The notes under the pieces: generated by a model
Seen by the model: only the letters and a program-made list of their open reading frames with translations
Told to the model about the DNA's origin: nothing
The model's database searches: none
Origin: Thermodesulfobacteriota bacterium
GTDB lineage: Bacteria > Desulfobacterota > Binatia > Bin18
NCBI GenBank assembly: GCA_964291405.2
Contig: OZ219926.1
Span: 3,808,001-3,872,000 of the forward strand
DNA length: 64,000 nucleotides
Direction of reading: 5' to 3'
Part shown: positions 1 to 8,894 of the stretch, piece after piece
Layout: the number at the start of each line of letters is the position of its first letter
Numbering within the stretch: position 1 is the stretch's first letter
Position numbers and translations under genes: made by a program

Positions 1-117
1 GGGGTCGCCCCATTGTTTCCAAGTCCTCTTTCTCAACGGGGCCACGTCCCCGAGGGCGGGGCAGGTACCCTCCCCCCGACGAGCGTGACCGCCAAAGCAT
101 TTAAACTGAGACACTCC
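1..117. mobile_element. Right part of a degenerate MITE copy related to the 166-414 element (truncated by the window edge)
   Basis: Ends in AAACTGAGACACTCC (103-117), a variant of the TIR at 396-414. Internal segment ctttctcaacggggcca...gagggcgg resembles ctttctcagcagggcca...gaggtcgg in the 166-414 element. Confidence 0.6.
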
Positions 118-165
118 TGTACCCTTAATATTACTAGTATTTATTCTCTAGAACTATATAAATAC

Positions 166-414
166 GGTAGTGTCTCCCTTTGAAATTTGTTCCCCTCGCC
201 ATCGGCTGCGTCGCCCCCTTTCCCCTCCCGGTTTCGCCTGCTGAGCTTCTGCGGGGCTCGTATCTTTTTTTTGTTCCCCCCCATTTGGGGGGGGATAAGG
301 GCCGCAGCAGTGTGTTAGGAGTCCTTTCTCAGCAGGGCCAACCCCCTGAGGTCGGCGAGGCCAAAGTCCCCTATATGAGAACGACATCCCAAGGATTCAA
401 ACTGAGACACTACC
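166..414. mobile_element. Non-autonomous MITE, 249 bp, with 19-bp TIRs and an 8-bp target-site duplication
   Basis: Left end GGTAGTGTCTCCCTTTGAA (166-184) matches the reverse complement of TTCAAACTGAGACACTACC (396-414) at 17/19. Direct repeat ATAAATAC flanks both sides (158-165 and 415-422). No transposase inside. Confidence 0.85.
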
Positions 415-480
415 ATAAATACCAGTAGCCCGGGGAGTTTTTCCGTTACAAAAAGGAACAAATTAAATGACAGACGGAGG

Positions 481-636
481 CTAGAGCAAAATTCACATGA
501 GTGTCGCGTCCCACGGCCTCCGCGCGTTGCCCGATACGTCGGGTGCGCCCTGTGCACCGGGGCAAGGTGGTGCATGGGATGCACCCGACGGAACTCTGGA
601 GAGCACCTCGCTACACCACGGAGGAAACTGCTCTAG
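481..636. mobile_element. CTAG-bounded MITE, copy 1, with an internal REPIN-like hairpin
   Basis: Begins CTAGAGCA and ends TGCTCTAG. Closely similar second copy at 17397-17551. Internal inverted repeat at 537-590. Confidence 0.85.
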
Positions 637-645
637 GTGAGGGGA

Positions 646-665
646 TTGCAAACTGAGACACTACC
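646..665. repeat. Orphan right-end TIR of the 166-414 MITE family
   Basis: TTGCAAACTGAGACACTACC; no matching left end or TSD found nearby. Confidence 0.7.
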
Positions 666-666
666 T

Positions 667-3600
667 ATGATCACCGACACAGGGCGGAGGTCTGTGGGAC
701 CATCTTATCAGGGTGAAACAACCAGCCAGTCCGGACTCAGGAAACGGGACTATAGTGTCAGGCTCTTCAAGTCTTTGGTCGCGCTCGGCGCGGCCCTGGT
801 GGGGGCCGACCTCAGCCATGCCCAGCCGACCGATCAGTCGATTGCGGTCATCCTGGCGGCCAAAGCCCAGCGGACCCCGGCCCAACGGAAGCTGAGTTCC
901 CAGTTCTTGGACGCGGCCGGGAATGCCCAGCCGTCGGCCAGCGTCACTGGCCAGCAGGCACAGCCTGCATCCGTCACGGGCGTCGGCGTCACGAACGGCG
1001 TCCGGGCCGACGTGACGCCGCCGGAGCCAGTGCGTCCACGGGCTGTACAGGTCATGGACGAGCAGGTTCCAACCGCGGATGTCGAGGACGCAGCCGTCAC
1101 GGTCGATATCCGGGCCGACGTGACAGACGTCGTCCTGGCCCGCATCCGAGCTTTGGGCGGTACGGTGCTGAACAGCGTCCCACAATACCGGGCCATCCGG
1201 GCGCGGCTGCCGCTGGCCGCCTTGGAACCGCTCGCCAGGCTGGAGGCCGTCCAGTTCATCCGGCCTGCCGACCAAGCCATCACGCACCAGATGCTGTCGC
1301 GCCCAGCCGTGGCCGAGGTCGTCGTGACGGCGAAGCTCAACACCACCGAAGGCGATGTGGCCCACCAGGCGAACACAGCGCGCACGACCCACAGCGTGGA
1401 CGGCTCGGGCATCAGCATCGGCGTGCTCTCGGACGGCGTCGTCGGACTGGCCAACCAGCAGGCGACGGGCGACGTGCCGGCGCAAGTCACGGTCCTGCCC
1501 GGCCAGGAGGGCCGCCCGACTTCGTTCTGCGGCCGTCCGATCTCGGGGAACGAGGGCGTGGCGATGCTGGAGATTATCCACGATCTGGCACCGGGCGCCG
1601 AGCTGTTTTTTGCGACCGGGTTCGGGGGCGCGGCAGAAATGGCGCAGAACATCGAAGCCCTCTGCGATGCCGGTGCCGATATCATTGTTGACGATATCGG
1701 ATATCTTTTGGCGCCGGCCTTCCAGGACGGCGTCATTGCCCAGGCGGTCAGCGCGGTGGTTGCCAAGGGCTGTTACTACTTCTCGTCGGCCGGCAACGGC
1801 GGCAACCTGAACGACGGTACGTCCGGGGTGTGGGAAGGCGACTTTGCTGCGGGAACGACCCTGAACCTGAGCGGCGTCAAGACCGGGGCCGTCTACCACG
1901 AATTCTCCAGCGGCGTCACCGGAAACCAGATCGTGAAGGACAGCCCCCTCCCCATCTCCCTACAATGGGCCGATCCGATTGATGGGTCGGCCAACGACTA
2001 CGATCTGTTCCTGATCGACGCGAACAACAACGTGCTGGCCAGCTCAACCAATACGCAGGACGGGACCCAGGACCCCATCGAGTACATCGTCGGTTCGTGC
2101 TCGAACGCTTACCAGAACGCTCGCCTCGTCATTGTCAAGAATGCAGGCGCGGCGGATCGCTATCTGCGGCTCAACACGGGAGGCGCGCTGGCAATCGCTA
2201 CGGCCGGCCAGACCTTCGGCCATTCTGCCGCGCAGGATGCAATAGGCGTGGCTGCGGTCGATGCGCGGGCGGCGCGTGGCGCGGGCGGCGTTTTCAACGG
2301 CACGGAGTCGGTCGAGACGTTCAGCTCGGACGGGCCGCGACGAATGTTCTTCGAGGCCAACGGCACGCCGATCACGGCGGGGAACTTCTCGTCCACCGGT
2401 GGGCGGGAGTTGCAGAAGCCGGACCTGACCGCAGCCGACGGCGTCTCAACCTCAACGCCCGGCTTTTCGGACTTCCACGGCACCTCGGCGGCGGCACCGC
2501 ACGCCGCGGCGATTGCGGCCTTGATGCTGGAAGCGGCCGGCGGCCCGGCCAATGTCACGCAGTCCGCACTCCGCACGGCCATGACATCCGGGACCGCGGT
2601 CCTGGACATTGAGGCGACCGGCGTAGATCGTGATTCCGGTGCCGGTATCGTAATGGCGCCCGGCGCGGTCGATGCAGTCGCTGTCGCCGTGGCAGACCGC
2701 AACTTGGCGCCGACCGTGACGAGTACCCTGACCGACCGGACGTTCGCGCCGGGGGCCGACGCAGTGATGATCGACCTGGATGATATCTTCGACGATCCGA
2801 ACGACGACACCCTGACCTACACGATGCAGTTACGCCCTGAGGACCCGGCGGTGACGTTGGCTGGGTCGGTGCTGACGTTGACGCCGGCGAGCCCGAGATC
2901 CACGGTCATGGTGATGGTACGGGCGGCCGATCCCGACGGCCTGGCCAGGACGCAGAACTTCACGGTCACCGTGACCGCCGGGAACCGAGACTATGATGTC
3001 GATAACGACAACCTTATCGACGTCTCCACGCTCGCCCAACTCGACGCCATACGGTACGACCTGAACGGCGACGGCCAAGTGGATGGCACGACGTGGATGC
3101 CGTATTACAGCGCCTACCCCATGGGCGCGCTAGGGATGGGGTGTCCAGACGGGTGTGTCGGCTATGAGCTGACCACCGATCTGGACTTCGACACCGACGA
3201 CGATGGAGATATCGACTCGGACGACGATTACTGGAATGCCGGTGCCGGCTGGGACCCCATCGGCGACAGTACGACTCCGTTCGACGCCACCTTCACGGGC
3301 AACCGGCGCACCGTCAGCCACTTGTTCATCGATCGCGACGACGACGCCACCGGATTGTTCGGTGCAACCGGTTCGTCGAGTCTCATCCGCCGCCTCGGGC
3401 TCGTGGATGCCGACGTGACGGGAGCGGACTCCGTCGGCGGGCTGGTCGGAGAAGGCGCGGGCGAGATTCGCTCCAGCTACGTCACCGGTCACGTGTCGGG
3501 CGCCGATATAGTGGGCGGATTGGTCGGGCACAACCTCGGGGACGTGACCGCCAGCTATGCCAGCGTGGCCGTGACGGCTGACGCACAAGGCGGTGGGCTG

Positions 3601-6600
3601 GCCGGGGGCAATGCCCTCGATGGCCGCATCCGTGCCTGTTATGCCACGGGCCGCGTGTCGGGTGAGGACGTGGGCGGGCTGGTCGGAGCCAATGCCGGTA
3701 CCGTGGCCGCCAGCTACGCCACCGGACGGGTGCTGGGCACGGACGACGTGGGTGGGGTGGCCGGGACCGGTGATGGGGTGTTCCGCGCCAGCTACTGGGA
3801 CCGGGAGACCTCCGGGGTGCGCGTCGGCGTCGGCGCGGACGATCTGGACGACGACGGCTGGCTCGAAGCCGGGGAGTCGCGGACGCCCGGCGTCGCTGGC
3901 TGGTCCACCGCCGCCCTACAGACACCCAGGGGCTATAACGGCATCTACCGGACGTGGAATCTGGACCTGGACGACGATGCGGTGCCCGATACTCCCTGGT
4001 TCCTCCAGAGGAGCGGTTATCCGCTGCTGTCGTCCCTTGACTACGCTGCGGGAGGCTATCAACTCGGGCGCGGGACGACCTTGACGGCGACGACCTCCAT
4101 GGGGCAGGCGCAGGTGGAACTGACCTGGACCGCGCTGAATTCGAGCAATTTCTGGGTCGATGGGCCGGCCATCTTCTACACCCTGCTCCGCGACGACGGT
4201 TCCACCTTCGAGGTCCTCCTGGAAGAGAGCAGCACTCTCCAGTACACCGATACCGACGTGACCGCTGGCACGACGTACACCTATCAGGTGGTGGCGGTGG
4301 TGCAGGGCGGCGAAGCGGGGCGCAGCGCTCCGCTGGCGGTGATTGCCGGCGTCGGCAACCAGCCGCCGGGGGCGGTGGGCACGCTCGCCGGTCAGACGTT
4401 GCGCGTGGGGGGGAATGCGGTCATGGTGGACATCGCGGACGCGTTCGAGGATCCTGAGAACGATACGTTGACATACGCGGCGACGTCCTCCGCGACGGGC
4501 GTGGCCACCGTGGGCATATCAGGCACGCAGGTGACGGTCACGCCGGTCGCCACGGGTACGACGACCGTCACGGTCACGGCGACCGACACCGCGGGCTCGA
4601 ATACGAGCACGGAGCAGCGGTTCGTTGCCACGGTGTGGTCGGCGACAGCGGTTGACTACGACACGGACGATGACGGGTTGATCGAGATCACGACGCTGGC
4701 GCAGCTCGATGTGGTGCGCCACGATCTGGATGGCGACGGTACGCCCGCATCCGGTGGGGCGTCGTCGTATCGGATCGCCTTCGCCAATGCGGTCGAGGCA
4801 ATGGGCTGTGACGGTGTCGACGGCTGCATGGGCTACGAGCTGGCCGCCGATCTGGACTTTGACACCAATAGGAGCGACGCCCCGGACGCGGGCGACGACT
4901 ACTGGAATGGGGGGGACGGCTGGACGCCTATCGGGTCCGCGGTCGATGAGGCGTTTGCCGCAACCTTTGACGGCAACGGACAGACAATTGCCAATCTGTA
5001 CATCAAGGCAGACGGTGCAGTTGAGATGGACTACACGGGGTTGTTCGGCGTGGTCGGAACGCTTGGCCTCGTCCGCGGCCTTGGGTTGACGGCCGTCGAC
5101 ATCGCGGTGAGCGTGGACGACGACCAGGTCGGTGGGCTGGTCGGGGCCAACTTCGGCACCATTACCGGCTGCTACGTGGCGGGGCAGGTGATGGGCAATC
5201 ACTTCGTCGGCGGGTTGGTCGGGTGGAGCCGTGGTGTCATTGCCGCCAGCTATGCGACCGGACGCGTAACGGGCGATCTCGCGGTGGGCGGACTGGTCGG
5301 AGTGAACAACGGCGCTGTCATCGCCAGCTATGCAACGGGACGCGTCGTGGGGCGGAGCGGCATCGGTGGACTGGTCGGGTTCCTGTCCGGGGGGACGGTG
5401 GAAGCCAGCTATGCGACCGGGCGGGTGACGGGAACGGGCAATGTCGGCGGGCTGCTCGGGTCCACATCGGGGTTCTTCGGGGGCGACGTGACACACAGCT
5501 ATTGGGACACCCGCACGTCGGGTCTGACAAGCAGCGATGGGGGCCGGGGCTATGCGACCGGGTCGTTGCAGGGACCGAGCGGCTACACGGGGCTCTATGG
5601 GGCCTGGCGTGTGGACTTGGACGGGGACCGCCGTCAGGAATCTCCCTGGCATTTCGGGACATCCTCGCAGTACCCGGCGCTGGCGCTGGACGTGGACGGC
5701 AACGGGCAGGCGACATGGCAGGAGATAGGCTACCAGCTACGGGAGAGTCTGACTCTGAGGGCGTCGGGTCAGCCGACCCAGGTGTCCCTGACCTGGAACG
5801 CTGTGGATGTGAGCTATTGGACCTCGGCGCCGACAGTCCGCTACACGCTCTTTCGTACCGAGGGCACCACGACGGAAGTCGTCGAGGACATTGACGACGT
5901 GCAGTACACCGACACCAGCGTCACGACCGGGACGACGTACACGTACCAGGTCGCGGCGGTGGTATCGGGTGGTGAAGCGGTGTGGAGTGCCCCGGTGACG
6001 GTGACTGCGAGAAGGTCGGGCGGTGGCGGGGGCGGCGGCGGCGGGGGCGGCGGCGGCGGCGGGGGCGGCGGCGGCGGCGGGGGCGGCGGCGGCGGCGGGG
6101 GCGGCGGCGGGGGCGGCGGCGGGGATGGTGCCTGCACGCAGGAGGACGTGCACGGCAACAGTGCCGCACAGGCCACCGCCGCTGCGCTGGCTACTCCGAC
6201 CCTCGGGGCCATCTGTCCCGTCGCCGACGTGGATTATTTTACCGTCACCGCCCCCGACCGGGGCCTCCTGTTTGTGGATACCACTGGCGGGGTGCAAACC
6301 CGCGGAACTCTCTGGCAAGACGACATATCCTTGGCCTCTGGCCCTATGCGTAGCGGTCCGCAGGATGCCCGCCTTGGTGCCCGCGTGCAGGCGGGCACAG
6401 TCGTGATCGCTGTCCAGGGCCAAGGGGGCGCGACCGGGGACTATGACGTGGTCGTCACCTTTGTGCAGGGCTATCTGGAGAATCCCGGCCCCGACTCCTT
6501 CCAGAGCGGCGTGGGGATCCTGTCCGGTTGGGTGTGTGAAGCTGATATGGTAGAGCTTGAGTTGAACGGTGTGCCCCAGGGGGCCGCGTATGGGACCGAG

Positions 6601-7326
6601 CGATTAGATACGGCCGGGGTGTGTGGCGATATCGACAACGGGTTTGGCCTGCTGTTCAACTGGAATCTGTTGCGAGATGGGGAGCATGACGTGGTGGCCC
6701 TGGTCGATGGGGTGGAGTTGGGCCGGGCACGTGTCACCGTCACGACGCTCGGGCAGGAGTTTCTGCGGGGCGTGGCGGGGAGGTGTGAGGCCGAGGACTT
6801 TCCGAGTCCAGGCGAGCAGGTGACGCTGGAGTGGCAGCAGAATAGCCAGAACTTTGTGATTGCGGGGGGAGTCCCCCCGGTCGGGGCGAACACCGGCCGA
6901 CCGAGTGGGCTGACAGGGTTTTTGGAGAATCCGGGGCATAACTCCTTTCAGAGTGGGGTGCGGGTCCTGTCGGGCTGGGTATGCGACGCAGATATCGTGG
7001 AGATCGAGTTGGGGCATCTGGGGCGCCAAGTGGCCGCGTATGGCACGGAGCGGCTGGACACTCAAGACGTGTGTGGGGACACGGACAATGGGTTTGGGTT
7101 GTTGTTCAACTGGAACCTGTTGGACGATGGAGAGCATGACGTGGTGGCCCTTGTGGATGGCGTGGAATTAGGTCGGGCCACGGTGCGGGTGACAACCCTG
7201 GGGGCGGAATTCCTGCGGGGAGCGGAGGGGGAATGTATGGTGGAAGACTTCCCCGGCCTGGGGCAGAGTGTGCTGTTGGAGTGGCAACAGAATAGTCAGA
7301 ATTTTGTCATCACGGATGTGGAGTGA
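667..7326 (+). CDS. Giant secreted multidomain protein: S8/S53-like serine protease + 2x (cadherin-like Ig, GLUG repeats, FN3) + Gly35 linker + PPC-like domain + two tandem conserved C-terminal domains
   Basis: Motifs GVLSDG, NEGVAMLEIIHDLAPGA, SAGNGG, FHGTSAAAPH; repeated VGGLVG (GLUG); YTDTxVTxGTTYTYQV (FN3); hydrophobic N-terminal segment LVALGAALVGADLSHA. The ORF-track start at 637 lies in mobile-element sequence, so the in-frame ATG at 667 was used; the start is uncertain. Confidence 0.85.
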   Translation: MITDTGRRSVGPSYQGETTSQSGLRKRDYSVRLFKSLVALGAALVGADLSHAQPTDQSIAVILAAKAQRTPAQRKLSSQFLDAAGNAQPSASVTGQQAQPASVTGVGVTNGVRADVTPPEPVRPRAVQVMDEQVPTADVEDAAVTVDIRADVTDVVLARIRALGGTVLNSVPQYRAIRARLPLAALEPLARLEAVQFIRPADQAITHQMLSRPAVAEVVVTAKLNTTEGDVAHQANTARTTHSVDGSGISIGVLSDGVVGLANQQATGDVPAQVTVLPGQEGRPTSFCGRPISGNEGVAMLEIIHDLAPGAELFFATGFGGAAEMAQNIEALCDAGADIIVDDIGYLLAPAFQDGVIAQAVSAVVAKGCYYFSSAGNGGNLNDGTSGVWEGDFAAGTTLNLSGVKTGAVYHEFSSGVTGNQIVKDSPLPISLQWADPIDGSANDYDLFLIDANNNVLASSTNTQDGTQDPIEYIVGSCSNAYQNARLVIVKNAGAADRYLRLNTGGALAIATAGQTFGHSAAQDAIGVAAVDARAARGAGGVFNGTESVETFSSDGPRRMFFEANGTPITAGNFSSTGGRELQKPDLTAADGVSTSTPGFSDFHGTSAAAPHAAAIAALMLEAAGGPANVTQSALRTAMTSGTAVLDIEATGVDRDSGAGIVMAPGAVDAVAVAVADRNLAPTVTSTLTDRTFAPGADAVMIDLDDIFDDPNDDTLTYTMQLRPEDPAVTLAGSVLTLTPASPRSTVMVMVRAADPDGLARTQNFTVTVTAGNRDYDVDNDNLIDVSTLAQLDAIRYDLNGDGQVDGTTWMPYYSAYPMGALGMGCPDGCVGYELTTDLDFDTDDDGDIDSDDDYWNAGAGWDPIGDSTTPFDATFTGNRRTVSHLFIDRDDDATGLFGATGSSSLIRRLGLVDADVTGADSVGGLVGEGAGEIRSSYVTGHVSGADIVGGLVGHNLGDVTASYASVAVTADAQGGGLAGGNALDGRIRACYATGRVSGEDVGGLVGANAGTVAASYATGRVLGTDDVGGVAGTGDGVFRASYWDRETSGVRVGVGADDLDDDGWLEAGESRTPGVAGWSTAALQTPRGYNGIYRTWNLDLDDDAVPDTPWFLQRSGYPLLSSLDYAAGGYQLGRGTTLTATTSMGQAQVELTWTALNSSNFWVDGPAIFYTLLRDDGSTFEVLLEESSTLQYTDTDVTAGTTYTYQVVAVVQGGEAGRSAPLAVIAGVGNQPPGAVGTLAGQTLRVGGNAVMVDIADAFEDPENDTLTYAATSSATGVATVGISGTQVTVTPVATGTTTVTVTATDTAGSNTSTEQRFVATVWSATAVDYDTDDDGLIEITTLAQLDVVRHDLDGDGTPASGGASSYRIAFANAVEAMGCDGVDGCMGYELAADLDFDTNRSDAPDAGDDYWNGGDGWTPIGSAVDEAFAATFDGNGQTIANLYIKADGAVEMDYTGLFGVVGTLGLVRGLGLTAVDIAVSVDDDQVGGLVGANFGTITGCYVAGQVMGNHFVGGLVGWSRGVIAASYATGRVTGDLAVGGLVGVNNGAVIASYATGRVVGRSGIGGLVGFLSGGTVEASYATGRVTGTGNVGGLLGSTSGFFGGDVTHSYWDTRTSGLTSSDGGRGYATGSLQGPSGYTGLYGAWRVDLDGDRRQESPWHFGTSSQYPALALDVDGNGQATWQEIGYQLRESLTLRASGQPTQVSLTWNAVDVSYWTSAPTVRYTLFRTEGTTTEVVEDIDDVQYTDTSVTTGTTYTYQVAAVVSGGEAVWSAPVTVTARRSGGGGGGGGGGGGGGGGGGGGGGGGGGGGGGGGGGGDGACTQEDVHGNSAAQATAAALATPTLGAICPVADVDYFTVTAPDRGLLFVDTTGGVQTRGTLWQDDISLASGPMRSGPQDARLGARVQAGTVVIAVQGQGGATGDYDVVVTFVQGYLENPGPDSFQSGVGILSGWVCEADMVELELNGVPQGAAYGTERLDTAGVCGDIDNGFGLLFNWNLLRDGEHDVVALVDGVELGRARVTVTTLGQEFLRGVAGRCEAEDFPSPGEQVTLEWQQNSQNFVIAGGVPPVGANTGRPSGLTGFLENPGHNSFQSGVRVLSGWVCDADIVEIELGHLGRQVAAYGTERLDTQDVCGDTDNGFGLLFNWNLLDDGEHDVVALVDGVELGRATVRVTTLGAEFLRGAEGECMVEDFPGLGQSVLLEWQQNSQNFVITDVE
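6019..6123 (+). repeat. In-frame (GGC/GGG)n microsatellite encoding 35 consecutive glycines
   Basis: 105 nt of GGN codons, mostly GGG(GGC)3-5 units, between codons TCG and GAT. Confidence 0.95.
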
Positions 7327-7387
7327 GCCGGACGTCCCCAACCCCCCCCAGCGGGCGAGGGGTTTATCACCGCATTCCTATCGGGTT

Positions 7388-8425
7388 CTACCGACAGTGC
7401 GGAATGACTTCCCTGGCAAAACGCTCCATCGAGCGTTTGACGATGGCGTGATCGACCAGCCCGCCCTGGTTGAAATAGCCGATAAACTCGGTCATAGGAA
7501 ATTCCTGCTTGAAGTGCCGAATGCGTTCGATGCAGTAATCCGGGTCACCGAAGGCACCCATCTTGTTATCCAAACCCTCGTAGTTGACCCGCTCCAGTCG
7601 CTCCACTATCTGTTGAAAAGCTTCGTAGCTTTTGATGGTGGTTTTGCCGAGCGGACGGAGCCGTTCTCCTGCGGCGCGAAAAAAATTCATCAGACTCGGT
7701 TCGTATTCCTCTCGGGCTTTGGCCCGGCTGTCGGCAACGTGGACGGGAAACATCAGCGCGACATCGGGTTGGACCCCAGTGTTTAGATTACGTTGATACT
7801 CCGCAATATAGCCGCGCAGTTTGTCGGGCGGGTTAATCAGCGGAGAAGCAAAGATCGACAGGCCGAGTTGCCCGGCTAAAGCAAAGGTGTCCGGGCTGTT
7901 TGCCGCCATGCGTATCGGAGGGTAGGGCTGCTGAATGGGGCGTGGCACGACCGGCAGGTCCTCAGCCTGGAAGTATTTGCCCTGATAGGACAGGCGGTCC
8001 GTTGTCCAGGCGATGCGAATCACGTCGAGTGCTTCCGCAAAGCGCTCCCGACTCTCTTCCATGGGCACGTTATAACCTTGGTAATGTACCGGCGCGGTGC
8101 CGCGTCCGACACCAAACTCCAGCCGTCCGCCGCTCAGAATATCGGCGGTGGCCGCTTCTTCTGCCATTTTCATCGGGCTGTGCAGCGGCAGAAGGGTGAC
8201 GGCGGTGCCCAGACGGATACGCTCGGTATGCTGGGCCGCGGTTGCCAGCACCATCAGCGGCGAGGCCATAATCGAAGTGCTCGGCCCAAAGTGCAGTTCG
8301 CCCAGCCAGACGGTATCAAAGCCGACCGCGTCGCCCAGGCGAATCTGGGCCAGAATATCGTGGTAGCGCTGGCGCTCTGATTGTGTGGGCGCGCACGGCA
8401 GCTGATCGAAAAACCCAAAGCGCAT
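7388..8425 (-). CDS. LLM-class (luciferase-like) flavin-dependent oxidoreductase
   Basis: GFDTVWLGELHF, RIRLGTAVTLLP, LSGGRLEFGVGRG. Confidence 0.9.
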   Translation of the reverse strand: MRFGFFDQLPCAPTQSERQRYHDILAQIRLGDAVGFDTVWLGELHFGPSTSIMASPLMVLATAAQHTERIRLGTAVTLLPLHSPMKMAEEAATADILSGGRLEFGVGRGTAPVHYQGYNVPMEESRERFAEALDVIRIAWTTDRLSYQGKYFQAEDLPVVPRPIQQPYPPIRMAANSPDTFALAGQLGLSIFASPLINPPDKLRGYIAEYQRNLNTGVQPDVALMFPVHVADSRAKAREEYEPSLMNFFRAAGERLRPLGKTTIKSYEAFQQIVERLERVNYEGLDNKMGAFGDPDYCIERIRHFKQEFPMTEFIGYFNQGGLVDHAIVKRSMERFAREVIPHCR

Positions 8426-8466
8426 GAATCCCTCCTTTATGCGCTACGTTGAGTCGTCTGCACCCG

Positions 8467-8883
8467 CTACGGGAGGTGAGGACGAGACTCGTGGTAGTGG
8501 ATGACTTTCCAGGCCGCGTCTTTACGATGCAGGATAAAGGTGTCGCGTCCACCGGTCACAAAGGGCTCGGTCAGTCGCCTGATATCGGCCTCGAAGTGGA
8601 AATTGCAAAACGCGTAAGCCGTATCGCCGAACACGTCGATGGTGATATCGCTCAGTTGCATGGCTCCAACGCGGATGACCGATTCCGCGGCATGACGAAA
8701 ATAAGCCTCAACCTCGGCCCAGCCCCGGATCGGCTGGGCGCGCTCCTCGGGAATATAGAGGATGTGCTCATAGTCGGGGTCCCAGATGCTCTTGAGCCCT
8801 TCCCAGTCCATGGCTTCCCAGCTTTTGGAATAGTGCTCAAGAACAGCTCTGATCTGCTGTGTGTCCTGTTCCGTGGTTGACAT
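8467..8883 (-). CDS. NTF2/SnoaL-like domain protein
   Basis: ~138 aa with C-terminal WKVIHYHES. Start MSTTEQ chosen from the upstream GAGG RBS. Confidence 0.8.
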   Translation of the reverse strand: MSTTEQDTQQIRAVLEHYSKSWEAMDWEGLKSIWDPDYEHILYIPEERAQPIRGWAEVEAYFRHAAESVIRVGAMQLSDITIDVFGDTAYAFCNFHFEADIRRLTEPFVTGGRDTFILHRKDAAWKVIHYHESRPHLP

Positions 8884-8894
8884 GTGTGCAGTCC

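Noticed and set aside
315-584. ORFs 315-584(-) and 16228-17499(-), both starting MHPMHHL
   Set aside because: The shared start comes from the two MITE copies; the second ORF is antisense to the LarA-like gene. Not genes.
103-665. Three AAACTGAGACACT repeats as a possible CRISPR array
   Set aside because: Spacing is 250-300 bp, one inverted copy with a TSD shows they are TIRs, and there are no cas genes.
637-666. GTG start of the 2229-aa ORF
   Set aside because: It lies between a MITE end and an orphan TIR, so these codons are mobile-element sequence.
5841-6406. Poly-Pro, poly-Arg and poly-Ala ORFs
   Set aside because: Alternative frames of the Gly35 microsatellite.
6469-7323. Tandem C-terminal repeats as a DGR template/variable repeat pair or an autotransporter barrel
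   Set aside because: Both copies are coding with differences not limited to adenines, and no reverse transcriptase is present. The domain also occurs N-terminally elsewhere and lacks a terminal aromatic beta-signal.
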